Source: a virus
Taxonomy: Duplodnaviria > Caudoviricetes
Virus record (IMG/VR): IMGVR_UViG_3300005739_000085
Location: 1-40,688 of that record
Length of the DNA stretch: 40,688 nucleotides
Direction: 5' to 3' (one strand)
Shown here: piece after piece, positions 28,903-38,452 of the stretch
How the letters are laid out: each line of letters begins with the position of its first letter
How positions within the stretch are numbered: position 1 is the stretch's first letter
Position numbers and translations under genes: made by a program
The notes under the pieces: model-generated
The model's database searches: none
Told to the model about the DNA's origin: nothing
What the model saw: only the letters and a program-made list of their open reading frames with translations

Positions 28903-29067
28903 ATGGAAACTATCGTTAACACAATTAGAGGTACTTATATTGTACCGGCTGATAAACAAGATCAATTAATACAATGGCTCGAAATTAATGCTATTAGACC
29001 TGGTCAAAGTCCTATTGGAGAAATCAAAGAAGGACAGTATACTGGTCGTCAGCTAATCAATGAATAA
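28903..29067 (+). CDS. Small hypothetical protein (54 aa)
   Basis: METIVNTIRGTYIVPADKQDQLIQWLEINAIRPGQSPIGEIKEGQYTGRQLINE*; fills the gap and overlaps the dut start by 8 nt; below the ORF-track cutoff. Confidence 0.7.
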   Translation: METIVNTIRGTYIVPADKQDQLIQWLEINAIRPGQSPIGEIKEGQYTGRQLINE

Positions 29068-29533
29068 TTCTTACACATATACAGTCCCTAATAAAACAGA
29101 TATTAAGTTTCTTAAAACTCATCCTGATGCTGTTTTGCCAGAGCGTAATCATAAACATCCTTTTACGGGAGATTCTGGTTATGATGTAACTGCTGTTGAA
29201 GAAACTGTTATACCTGCTAAAAGTGCAGCTGTAGTGCCTGTGGGGTTAAAGTTAGCATACTTGCCGCCTGGAGTTTGGATTAGAATCGAATCTCGTTCAG
29301 GGCTTCAATTTAAACACGGGCTTCAGGCTTTTAATGGTATTATTGATAACCAATACAGGGGTGATATGGGTATTAGACTTTTAAATCATTCTGATAGAGA
29401 TTATACAGTTAAAAAAGGGGATAGAGTAGCTCAATTAGTTCTTTACAATCTGGTTACAGCTGATCCTATGTGGGCTGATGAAGTACATGAAACAGAGCGC
29501 GGAGAAAAAGGCTTTGGTTCTTCTGGAAACTAA
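29060..29533 (+). CDS. dut: Trimeric dUTPase
   Basis: All five motifs present: SGYDV, SRSGL, GIIDNQYRG, GDRVAQL, RGEKGFGSSG. Confidence 0.97.
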   Translation: MNNSYTYTVPNKTDIKFLKTHPDAVLPERNHKHPFTGDSGYDVTAVEETVIPAKSAAVVPVGLKLAYLPPGVWIRIESRSGLQFKHGLQAFNGIIDNQYRGDMGIRLLNHSDRDYTVKKGDRVAQLVLYNLVTADPMWADEVHETERGEKGFGSSGN

Positions 29534-29547
29534 TATATACTTACTTC

Positions 29548-30450
29548 ATGTTTCAAAACCTACTCGTTGAAAAGTATAGGCCTAAGACTTTAGCTGATAT
29601 TGTCTTAACAGAGGACGAACGTAAGTATTTTGAGTCTTTAAAGAGTAAAGAAGAAATTCCTAATCTTTTATTTGCAGGTAATCCTGGTACTGGTAAGACT
29701 ACTTTATCGAAAATTATAGCTACTCATATTCTCGACTGTCAGTATCTTTATATAAACGCTTCGGATGAAAATGGTATAGATACAATTCGTTCTAAAGTTA
29801 TAGGCTTTGCATCTACTAAATCGTTAGATGGTAAATTAAAAATTGTACTATTCGATGAGTGTGATGCCTTAACTCTAGATTCTCAAAAAGCTCTTCGTAA
29901 TGTAATTGAAGAGTACTCTCACAATACACGTTTTATTTTTACATGTAATTATCTTTTTAAAATAATCCCTGCTTTACAATCGAGGTGTCAAATCTTTAAC
30001 TTAACACCTCCTCTTGATGGAGTATTGAATAGAGTAGTGTCTATTCTTAAAAATGAGGGAGTTAACGTGCCTAATACCGAGAAACAAAAGCTAGTGGAGT
30101 TAGTTAGATCGGGTTACCCGGATTTGCGGCGAATTATTAATGATATACAAAAATTCTCTTATACAGGCACTTTAATTGTAAAACAAAATCAAGCTAAAGG
30201 TATAGCTAATAAAATAATAGAAAAAATAAAGGCAAAAGTTTCTCCACAAGAGTTAAGAAAATATGTCATTGAAAGAGAGCAGGAGTTTTCTGGAGATTAT
30301 CTTCAGCTTTTAAAAGAAATGTTTGAAGTATTATTTGAGACAGATAACGATCCAAATAAACTTTTAACAGTGTCTGAAGGTATGTATAAGGACTCTATTG
30401 TAGTAGATAAAGAGATAAATTGGTTTAGTACTTGCTTACAATTATACTAA
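29548..30450 (+). CDS. Sliding-clamp loader AAA+ subunit (T4 gp44/RFC small subunit-like)
   Basis: VEKYRP, Walker A GNPGTGKT, INASD, Walker B FDECD, SRC motif, DLRRIIN. Confidence 0.95.
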   Translation: MFQNLLVEKYRPKTLADIVLTEDERKYFESLKSKEEIPNLLFAGNPGTGKTTLSKIIATHILDCQYLYINASDENGIDTIRSKVIGFASTKSLDGKLKIVLFDECDALTLDSQKALRNVIEEYSHNTRFIFTCNYLFKIIPALQSRCQIFNLTPPLDGVLNRVVSILKNEGVNVPNTEKQKLVELVRSGYPDLRRIINDIQKFSYTGTLIVKQNQAKGIANKIIEKIKAKVSPQELRKYVIEREQEFSGDYLQLLKEMFEVLFETDNDPNKLLTVSEGMYKDSIVVDKEINWFSTCLQLY

Positions 30451-30704
30451 CGACCGCAACAGCGTCTTGCAGGCTGAGGGGTAGAATGAAGCTGCGCTGT
30501 ATTAGTTATAACATTAGTATTTTTTTCTAAGTTAGATGGAGCAGGTGCTGTTTTAGTTTTTAAAAAATCTGTTATGTCCATCATGGCTTGTAACTGACTA
30601 GGGTATGGTTTAGTACGATATTCAGAAATATTACTATTGGAGTTATAAACTGTGCCAATATAACCGTCATTATTAACTTCTATAGAAGTATAATATTGCT
30701 GCAT
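30447..30704 (-). CDS. Hypothetical protein (85 aa) ending RRCCGR
   Basis: Fills the gap after the hub gene; TAAGTA box 6 nt upstream of the ATG. Confidence 0.7.
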   Translation of the reverse strand: MQQYYTSIEVNNDGYIGTVYNSNSNISEYRTKPYPSQLQAMMDITDFLKTKTAPAPSNLEKNTNVITNTAQLHSTPQPARRCCGR

Positions 30705-30732
30705 AAAAAATACTTATTAACTTAAAAACTAT

Positions 30733-32337
30733 TTATCTACTACCCTGAGATTGGTATCTATGTACTTTTATAGCTGTAATATCGTTATAGTACGATCCCG
30801 CCTCAAAAACATGTTGAACGTCTAAAACAAACCACTGACCAAAAAATTTATCTTCAAAATCTCCAGACATTACACCTTCTGTTTTATCAATAGCTACAAA
30901 ATTTCCTGGCTCTCTGCTTGTTGCGCCAAGAGTGCGAAAATTAACTGCCGCGTTTTGAAAAACACCTAAGTTTAATAATTTTTGAATGCCGGGTAATTGT
31001 CTTAATTTTTTATGATCATCATTTTCATCTCCATGTAATGAATACATAGGTTCGATATTTTTAATTTTTTTATCATCATTTATATTCATTAAAAACAAAT
31101 CATCTCCGCTGCCTTTTTTGTAAACTTTGTCTATATATTGTTTCGAAATAAAGTCCTTAGCTTTATAAACTGTATTATTTTCAAAATCGACTTTAAATTT
31201 TCTATTTTTAAAATCAAAAGAGTGAACCGGAGAGGATCTAAATGCCTGTTCATTTGTTGCAGCAGCATTATCAACAAAACGATAATTTGTAATTGTATTA
31301 TATTTACTAAGCTTTACATCAACAGTATCACTTGATGTGTTGCTAATCGGTGCACGATATTGTTTTGTTGGGTTTTTACTTGTAGAGGAAGTATAACTCT
31401 GTAAAAAGAAGTGTTCCATTTGTAAATCTCCGGGTTGACCACCTTTAGTAGATTTTTCAAAATAATATTGTAATGGACGCAATGCAAAAAAACCTGTATC
31501 AGTGTAATTGGGTCCTCTTTCTTTTACTAATAAACTTACATCGTTTATTTCTTCTTCCCCTCCACTCTTATTACTTAAATGCTGATTATAAATATGAGTT
31601 ATACTTTCATTAGCTGAAACGCCCGCTGGAGCAGTAAAGAATAAACGACTGGCTCCGTCTTCCCAAGTATCATCAGGACCAAATATATTTTCTTCGACTC
31701 CTTCTAAACCTTTAGTTAATAGTTCTTTAATTGCAAGACCGGTAGGTATTGAACCGTAAGTTGAATATTCACCAGCGCCTCTATCCCCTTCAATATCAGC
31801 TTTTTCAGATAAAGCTGTAGAGTATTCTAATTGATTTGTTTGAAGCTTTTGATATAAATGATCCCAAAAATAGACTTTTAAACATTTAATATCAGCCGAT
31901 GCTGCGTTTTGAGCACCTGCGGGAAGATCTATATCTTCCATATCATATATGGCAAATTTATGAGAAAGAGTCCAATGCACTTTATCTTGTATAGTAAAAT
32001 CCCCTTGACCACCGCTACCAGTTAACTTAGGGTTAATTCGTACACGCAGTATATCTGTACCATCATTTGCAAAACGATACATACTATTAGTAGTACTTGA
32101 TCTAACTCCTGTTTGAGCATTTGAATATTGTCCGGTATTAGAGTCATAAGTACCTTGACCTGCTTCCGGATAAAAATAAAATGTCATAACACCTTTAGTT
32201 ACCCACTCCGACAAAGTATTGTTAATAGTTAAATTAACTATAGCGCTAGGGTTTATTGAAAATTGTTGCTCGCCGTTGTCGAGATATATTTCGCATTCAT
32301 GACGAGTTTCGTTAAACTTTGTGTCAAAAGCTTGCAT
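30733..32337 (-). CDS. Putative baseplate hub protein (gp27/GpD-like)
   Basis: C-terminal G..SREPGNFVAI...GQWFVLDVQHVF...Y pattern typical of hub proteins; follows the gp53-like gene. Confidence 0.65.
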   Translation of the reverse strand: MQAFDTKFNETRHECEIYLDNGEQQFSINPSAIVNLTINNTLSEWVTKGVMTFYFYPEAGQGTYDSNTGQYSNAQTGVRSSTTNSMYRFANDGTDILRVRINPKLTGSGGQGDFTIQDKVHWTLSHKFAIYDMEDIDLPAGAQNAASADIKCLKVYFWDHLYQKLQTNQLEYSTALSEKADIEGDRGAGEYSTYGSIPTGLAIKELLTKGLEGVEENIFGPDDTWEDGASRLFFTAPAGVSANESITHIYNQHLSNKSGGEEEINDVSLLVKERGPNYTDTGFFALRPLQYYFEKSTKGGQPGDLQMEHFFLQSYTSSTSKNPTKQYRAPISNTSSDTVDVKLSKYNTITNYRFVDNAAATNEQAFRSSPVHSFDFKNRKFKVDFENNTVYKAKDFISKQYIDKVYKKGSGDDLFLMNINDDKKIKNIEPMYSLHGDENDDHKKLRQLPGIQKLLNLGVFQNAAVNFRTLGATSREPGNFVAIDKTEGVMSGDFEDKFFGQWFVLDVQHVFEAGSYYNDITAIKVHRYQSQGSR

Positions 32338-32340
32338 ATA

Positions 32341-32694
32341 TTAGTTTAATTGAAATTCAATTTCAGAAAGTATTGTTCTTACTGCAGCTGTTTTTAATAT
32401 TTTTATAATTGTGCCTTGGTCAGGTTGTATAACAGGGTTTAATATGTTATTTGCAGCTACAATTATCCACCATAAATTTGGTGTTTCGTATACTTTATAT
32501 GAAATTAAAGGCCATGTGTCAAAATACTTTACAGTATAACTATCATAATACCCCTTAGGTAAATCAGTTGGTATATTAACTGTTTGTAATAAATTATAAA
32601 AATATCTACCGGTGTCGTCTTGATAAACGCTAAAAATATTTTCGTAATTATCAGAAGCTAGACGCTTTAATTCTTTTATATTATTTTGATACAT
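32341..32694 (-). CDS. Baseplate wedge protein, T4 gp53/LysM-like
   Basis: YTVK..DTWPLISYKVYETPNLWWII..ANNILNP motif. Confidence 0.88.
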   Translation of the reverse strand: MYQNNIKELKRLASDNYENIFSVYQDDTGRYFYNLLQTVNIPTDLPKGYYDSYTVKYFDTWPLISYKVYETPNLWWIIVAANNILNPVIQPDQGTIIKILKTAAVRTILSEIEFQLN

Positions 32695-32702
32695 ATAATA
32701 TT

Positions 32703-33737
32703 TTATGGTCCGAGAAGACTCGATTGAGAAATATTTTGAGCGGCTCCAGCAAATTCACTCTCAATAATAGAAGATACCACAGAAGGATCTTGAATACTTT
32801 GAAATTGGTTTTTGCTCGGAATTACCATATCTTGTAATGTTATATTAACTTCATAAACATCTGGAACGTTAAAAGTACCTGTGCCAATTCCAGCTCTAGT
32901 AACACCTGTACCGGTATCAGGGGTTATCTGTCTAATATTACCTTTATTGTAAATGGTAATATTAGTAACGCATGCTGCATAACTATAATGTTGCCCTAAA
33001 ATTAATACCTCGTAAAAAACAGGTGGTACACTAGTGATGAAATCTCGTTTATTATAAAGATTTTGATTTACGAGTAATTCACACAATAGTCGATTTTTTT
33101 TCCAGTCTTCTGGAGCAAGTGTGTTGTACAAGGGAAATACAATATTAATAATACGGGGGTCATGAGATTGCCATAATTTTGGACGATCCATAATACCTAC
33201 TTTCGGATACGCTAAATTCATTTGTAACCCTGTATACCCGGTCATAAGACCTGCTACAGAGCTAAAAACTTCCGAAACACCCGGTATACTATTAACAGCT
33301 TGGCCGGCTGTTTGAGCTGTTTGTTCAAGTACATCAAGAGATACCCATGGGTCTGTATTTACTTCAAAGTTAATATCAGAAAAATAAGGCATGTCATAAA
33401 CAAAACCTGTGGGCCTATCTTTTGGAAAAAGATCTTTATATGGGGCTAATATGTCAGTTGATCCCCCAAGTCCCGCGGCACTACCGGCAGCAAATAACTC
33501 TAATCCACTTATATAAAATAAAGCTTGTCTTTTAATTGTAGATTCTAATACTTGATATTCTTTTAAAATAACACGACCTGCTGAAGATTTTGCAGCTTCA
33601 CTAACTGTCCAAGGATAATCTTTAGTTACATTAACATATCCATAATTGCCTCCAGCAGGCACATAAATAGAAGCTAGGCCACCGGGGCCGCCTGCTACAG
33701 TTTGTTGTTGTTTTCTAAAAAGACCATTACTAGCCAT
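32703..33737 (-). CDS. Putative baseplate-tail tube cap protein (gp48-like)
   Basis: Position between the tape-measure-like and gp53-like genes; R.INIVFPL...PPVFYEV...VTNITI...P..YEVNITLQD tube-fold pattern. Confidence 0.55.
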   Translation of the reverse strand: MASNGLFRKQQQTVAGGPGGLASIYVPAGGNYGYVNVTKDYPWTVSEAAKSSAGRVILKEYQVLESTIKRQALFYISGLELFAAGSAAGLGGSTDILAPYKDLFPKDRPTGFVYDMPYFSDINFEVNTDPWVSLDVLEQTAQTAGQAVNSIPGVSEVFSSVAGLMTGYTGLQMNLAYPKVGIMDRPKLWQSHDPRIINIVFPLYNTLAPEDWKKNRLLCELLVNQNLYNKRDFITSVPPVFYEVLILGQHYSYAACVTNITIYNKGNIRQITPDTGTGVTRAGIGTGTFNVPDVYEVNITLQDMVIPSKNQFQSIQDPSVVSSIIESEFAGAAQNISQSSLLGP

Positions 33738-33775
33738 ATAAATTATTTAGTTTAAGAATTTTATTATTATTTTTG

Positions 33776-35806
33776 TTATCCCAATTGGGCCCATTGAGGT
33801 TTTAACTGTCCCCACTGTGGCCAAAACTTATTTCGGACTCCTTTTATTGTATCGTTATTAGTTGCTGCAAGTTGGGAAACAGATGCAATTCCGCCCATAA
33901 TATCAGCTCTCTGCTTTGATGCAGTTATACTATTCTGACCACCTGCTGCAGCATAAAGATTACTGTTTTGATTGCCTTTGCTATTGTTATTAAACGTTTG
34001 AGCTAGTCTTAAAATAGCCCCTCCTAAGGTTTTCATAGCTTCATTTGTAGCTTTTGTATTACCTACAATTTGTTCAAGTGCGCCGTTATTTAGCATTAAG
34101 TTTTCTTTGCCTATTTTATCTTGTAAAGAGGGGGTATCAGGCTGTACTCCTTTAGCTAAAGATTTTAAAGAATCGATATCAAAACCTTCAAGTGGGTTTT
34201 TTGTTTCTTGGGGCTTGTTGATACCGTAAGGAGTTTGATCTATTTTAAAAGAATCTGATTTAATAGGATTTAATTTTTCAGTACCGGTGAAAACAGTATC
34301 CATAGATTTTGTAAATCCGGATATTTTTTCTTTTGACCAATCATATAAATCAGTACTCCAATTGTTAAGTTTTGAGACTGTTGTTTCTTTCATCCAGTCT
34401 TTAAGTCCGTTAAACGATTTTGAATCTGTTAGCTCAATAGTAGATTTTGGTTTTATAGAAGTTTCATTAGTTGTAAGAAAAGATACAATCGGTTTTACTG
34501 AAGGGGCTACAGAAGATATTTCTTTAAGTCCTTCAACCATTTTATTGCCTTTTATATTTTCAATACCTTTTGTTAGTGAACTTAATACGGGCATTTTTTC
34601 TAATTTAGTAGATACTTCTTTAGACAAATCGTCAGATAGTTGTTCCGAAATTATGTTTTTAGAATCGCTATCCAAAAAAGAGTCGCTTTTTTTAGTATTA
34701 TATGTTTCGCCTTTAACTGTTGCAGGTCGTAAAAGAGGTGCAGTAATATGTCGTAATTTAGTGACTAGATCTTTTTTATCTTTATCATGCGGAGATACCA
34801 TGTCCCATACGTCAGAATACGAAAACTTTCCATCTGTGGTTGGTGTTAGATGGGTTAGTCCCATAAGAGGGTGATTTACAGTATGAGGTTTAGGATTTCG
34901 TTTTTTAAGCTCATCAATCTGATATTGCTTTAGTTTTCCTTCTAAATAAGCCTTCATTACATTAGGAGATATTAATTCTTTTGGTTGCGGCTGAGGTATA
35001 TCTCTGAGTTGATATTCTTTTTCTCCGGTTTTTTTAATACCTGTTGTTTCTTTACGAGATGGAAGATCGAATAACTCTCTATAAAGAATATCTCTAGCAG
35101 GTAAAATTTCTTTCTCAAATGTCGTAGGCGACTTATTTTCGAGCCATTCAGGTTTGTCAGTAAGGATAGATTTTATGTGTTGTGGAAACGGTATTACGTC
35201 TCTTAAATTAGTTGAGTAATCTCTTGGTTCTTTTATATTAGTAACATACCGGCCCATAAACTGAGCAAGGCCTTTTCTAGCTCGTTCACCTATAGGCTCT
35301 TTTCCGGTAAGCATTTGATAACCCATAGAAGTGCCAGGGGTTAATTCCCAGGGACGGGGCACTTTTTTAACGGTTTGCTCTAGCCTATCAGTTGTTTTTT
35401 CTAACATACTAGTGAATTTACCAAACAAAGAATCCTGTTTAGATGTATCTTGTTCGGGTAGTTTTATTTGCGGTTTAGACGGGTCTACTACTTGAAATAA
35501 ATTTTTGTTAGCGTTTAAATTTTCAGTTTTATTAACTGTTTGTTTGTTACTAGTTTGAGATTTATTTTCATTTTGAACCGGAGCTGACTTGGGAGTCTCT
35601 TTTTCTTTAGTTTGAGATTGAGAAGTAGACTGTTGTGTTTGTTTAATAGGGCTCGATTGAAGATTTTTATTAGCAAGATTTACAACACGCTCAGCGATCT
35701 CATTAAAAAACTTTGAATCTATATTGAGTTTAGACAATAAAGTATCAGCAAAAGTTTTCTGAAAATCGTTTTGTTCGTTTTCGTTTACCTGAAACGTAGT
35801 AGCCAT
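33776..35806 (-). CDS. Putative tape-measure/hub (gp29-like) protein
   Basis: 676 aa, largely low-complexity/helical; position between the gp26-like chaperones and the gp48-like gene. Assignment is by synteny. Confidence 0.45.
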   Translation of the reverse strand: MATTFQVNENEQNDFQKTFADTLLSKLNIDSKFFNEIAERVVNLANKNLQSSPIKQTQQSTSQSQTKEKETPKSAPVQNENKSQTSNKQTVNKTENLNANKNLFQVVDPSKPQIKLPEQDTSKQDSLFGKFTSMLEKTTDRLEQTVKKVPRPWELTPGTSMGYQMLTGKEPIGERARKGLAQFMGRYVTNIKEPRDYSTNLRDVIPFPQHIKSILTDKPEWLENKSPTTFEKEILPARDILYRELFDLPSRKETTGIKKTGEKEYQLRDIPQPQPKELISPNVMKAYLEGKLKQYQIDELKKRNPKPHTVNHPLMGLTHLTPTTDGKFSYSDVWDMVSPHDKDKKDLVTKLRHITAPLLRPATVKGETYNTKKSDSFLDSDSKNIISEQLSDDLSKEVSTKLEKMPVLSSLTKGIENIKGNKMVEGLKEISSVAPSVKPIVSFLTTNETSIKPKSTIELTDSKSFNGLKDWMKETTVSKLNNWSTDLYDWSKEKISGFTKSMDTVFTGTEKLNPIKSDSFKIDQTPYGINKPQETKNPLEGFDIDSLKSLAKGVQPDTPSLQDKIGKENLMLNNGALEQIVGNTKATNEAMKTLGGAILRLAQTFNNNSKGNQNSNLYAAAGGQNSITASKQRADIMGGIASVSQLAATNNDTIKGVRNKFWPQWGQLKPQWAQLG

Positions 35807-35835
35807 CTTCTTATATATTTAAGAAGAAGATTTGA

Positions 35836-36636
35836 TTACGGGTTAAAAAAAGAAGCGTCTTGCAGTATTTCTTGTTCTATAACGGTTCCGTCTTTTAATT
35901 GTAATTCGAAACTATATAATCCTTTTACAAGATTTCTATATCTTTCAATATATTTTATAACATCGTTTATTAATGTTATTGGTAATCTTTCTACTATTTT
36001 TATCCGGTCTTTAAAACTATATACGGATAAATCGATTGGTGTAAGGTTAATTGTAATAGATATTATAAATTTAGTTACTTCATTAATAAATGTTTCCCCG
36101 ATTGCATCACGAAGTTGTTCTGGGGTATTAATAGCAAATGCAACATTTTGATGTAGCTCTTTTTCAAGTTTATTTTCAGTAAGTAAGTTAGGTAAACTAC
36201 AAATTACGGAATATGAATTATTTGAAAATGTTTCGGGTTCAAGTGTAATTTGTTTGTCTAAAAAATTTGTAAGTTTATCTGTTAAAGAAACTGTTATTTT
36301 TTCACCCTGTATATCAAAAACATAATCTGAAGATATACTCTCAGATCGAGTTTTAAATAAAATAATTTGTTTATCTAAGACTGTTAATATATTGGTGTCA
36401 ATTTCTGTATCTAGACAATTTTCTTTAATAATTGAATTTACAGTTAAAATAAATTCTGTGTTATATAAAGGAACATCTATAATGGTTTTTAAAATTCTTT
36501 TAAGCTGTTCTGTAGTTAATTGCTTAAATGGAGCAGGTCTTTGTAGAGATGGCAAAAACACATTAAAACTTGTGCTTTGATCTAATTCATTAAGAAGTGT
36601 TAAAACAGTTTTTAAATTATTTGAGTCAGTGCTCAT
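35836..36636 (-). CDS. Baseplate hub assembly protein, T4 gp26-like
   Basis: VFLPS...FKQLT..Q.K.IL and LTVLDKQIILFKTRSESI match the gp26 pattern (LPS..F.P..VK..K.L; D..Y.FL.LR..S). Confidence 0.7.
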   Translation of the reverse strand: MSTDSNNLKTVLTLLNELDQSTSFNVFLPSLQRPAPFKQLTTEQLKRILKTIIDVPLYNTEFILTVNSIIKENCLDTEIDTNILTVLDKQIILFKTRSESISSDYVFDIQGEKITVSLTDKLTNFLDKQITLEPETFSNNSYSVICSLPNLLTENKLEKELHQNVAFAINTPEQLRDAIGETFINEVTKFIISITINLTPIDLSVYSFKDRIKIVERLPITLINDVIKYIERYRNLVKGLYSFELQLKDGTVIEQEILQDASFFNP

Positions 36637-36671
36637 TGTTTGTATTTAATTATAGATTATTTAAACCGCAA

Positions 36672-37580
36672 CTAAGATATATCGTTATTAATAGGGTTAA
36701 ATGACTCGTCTGGCACAAAATTGGATTCATCATTAGTACTAATTCGTTCGTTTAAGAGAGCATCTAATTTCTTAACAAAAAGTATATACTCTCCTGGGGT
36801 GCAGTTTTCTATATACTCCGGTGTGAAGTTACCGGCTTTGCATAGCATAAAAATATTTTCATAAAGGGTCATTAATTGCTCCCCGAATACTATTTTTAGA
36901 ACGCTAACTAAATTTTGTACATCTAGGTTAAATAACATAGTTTTATTTTCTAAACCATACGTTGTAGATAACAAGTTAGTTTCATTAAAAATTTTTATAA
37001 TACTAGAAACTTTTTTAAGAATTTGTGTTGTTATTTTAACAGGAAGTTTTTCTAGAATTTTGCTTTTATCGCTATTTGAAATTTCTGTTAAATTAATATC
37101 AAGATTGTTTAAAATAATTTTTTTAATAAAAAAAGAATAAAGTTGACTAGAATCAGTTAAAGATAAAAGATTATTAATTGTTGGAAGCTGGTAAAAAATT
37201 TCAATATCATCAATAACATCTCTAGTTAAAGAAACATTTAAATTAATATCGTTTAAAATTTTTATAAGTTTATAAATGTTTATTTCTATTTTAGTATTTT
37301 CATTATCTTGCGGTTGTATATAAATTAGATTACCAATACTTGTACATCGTATTTCAAGTAGCAATAAAAAATAATCTAAAAAAGATAAATCATTTATTTC
37401 AGTTTTGGAAAGAGAAGTTATTTTTTCTAAAATATTGTTTATATTTGTAAAAAGTGTTTCGGGGTTTAAATCCTCTCCAACTAAACACTTATATATATTT
37501 TTTAAGTGTTTTACTTTTAACTCATTAAAAAAAATGTTTTTATTAGAAAGTGCAAAACAACTAATAAAGTCTGAATCCAT
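36672..37580 (-). CDS. gp26-like protein with fused gp51-like C-terminus
   Basis: LSFLDYFLLLLEIRCTSIG (gp26-like) plus LYENIFML....FTPEYIENCTPGEYILFV (gp51-like). Confidence 0.65.
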   Translation of the reverse strand: MDSDFISCFALSNKNIFFNELKVKHLKNIYKCLVGEDLNPETLFTNINNILEKITSLSKTEINDLSFLDYFLLLLEIRCTSIGNLIYIQPQDNENTKIEINIYKLIKILNDINLNVSLTRDVIDDIEIFYQLPTINNLLSLTDSSQLYSFFIKKIILNNLDINLTEISNSDKSKILEKLPVKITTQILKKVSSIIKIFNETNLLSTTYGLENKTMLFNLDVQNLVSVLKIVFGEQLMTLYENIFMLCKAGNFTPEYIENCTPGEYILFVKKLDALLNERISTNDESNFVPDESFNPINNDIS

Positions 37581-37619
37581 TATAACATTTAATATACAGA
37601 TAAGCTAAAAACCAGTTTA

Positions 37620-38429
37620 TTATGGTATAGGTACCCGTACTTCTACATTTAGATCTCTTCTACCAGTAGCTAAAGGAATACCGTAATTAGCGGTATTATT
37701 TTTAATAGCAGGGTTCAATTGCGTACCAGTTTCTATTGTATAATAATGGTATATAAAACTTGCTGTGCGTATAGAAGGAAAATTATTAGCAGCATATGTA
37801 TATTCATCTCCAGAAACTTCTATAGGACATACACCAAAAAAAGTATATTTGCATGCAACATATGGTGGTACCCCTGTAGCTAAAAGCCCGAGTTTATAAA
37901 CAGTTATAATTCCTCTGTAATTAAAATCTCCTTCTCTTGCTAATAAACCTAGATGAGCAGTAGCTACAGTCCATGGACGAAGTACATTATCTACAAAACT
38001 AACGTTAGTTTCTAAAAACGAAACCTGTAAAGCAGGAAAAGCATTACGACCACCGCCTGAATATGTACGTATATACCCGTTTGTCTGTATGCCTTCAGGA
38101 TTAGCTATTGTAGATTCACCGGGTATTTGTACCCCTTGAGCAAATAAACATCCTTTTGTTTGTTGATAATCTTTAGCAAGTAGGGTATTTAAACCTCCTT
38201 CAATATCCCAAATCTGTGGTTCAAATCGAGTTCCAAATAATATCGCGGTAACAGGCACTACAGAGTTACGAGAGTTTGGACGAGCGCCAGCTAAACCGTT
38301 TAATGATGGGGTGTAAACACCGTCGAAAGATAAGACCCATTGAGCGCCTTTTGGAAGTGCACTAGCAGGTTTACTTAAAAAAGTATTTAAAAAAAACGGT
38401 ACTTGACTGCCTAGTTCTGGTTTAGACAT
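37620..38429 (-). CDS. Tail tube-fold protein (gp54-like tube initiator)
   Basis: VQIPGES, LQVSFLET, YTFFGVCPIEV...Y...SFIY tube-family pattern; adjacent to the tube gene. Confidence 0.7.
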   Translation of the reverse strand: MSKPELGSQVPFFLNTFLSKPASALPKGAQWVLSFDGVYTPSLNGLAGARPNSRNSVVPVTAILFGTRFEPQIWDIEGGLNTLLAKDYQQTKGCLFAQGVQIPGESTIANPEGIQTNGYIRTYSGGGRNAFPALQVSFLETNVSFVDNVLRPWTVATAHLGLLAREGDFNYRGIITVYKLGLLATGVPPYVACKYTFFGVCPIEVSGDEYTYAANNFPSIRTASFIYHYYTIETGTQLNPAIKNNTANYGIPLATGRRDLNVEVRVPIP

Positions 38430-38452
38430 ATAGCAATATTACTTATTGCTAT
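38430..38452 (-). promoter_or_regulatory. Hairpin abutting the start codon and containing a TAAGTA box
   Basis: Minus strand ATAGCAATA-AGTAA-TATTGCTAT immediately followed by ATG. Confidence 0.55.

Noticed and set aside
34287-34874. 195-aa plus-strand ORF
   Set aside because: Ser/Phe-rich antisense mirror of the 676-aa gene; expected from codon bias.
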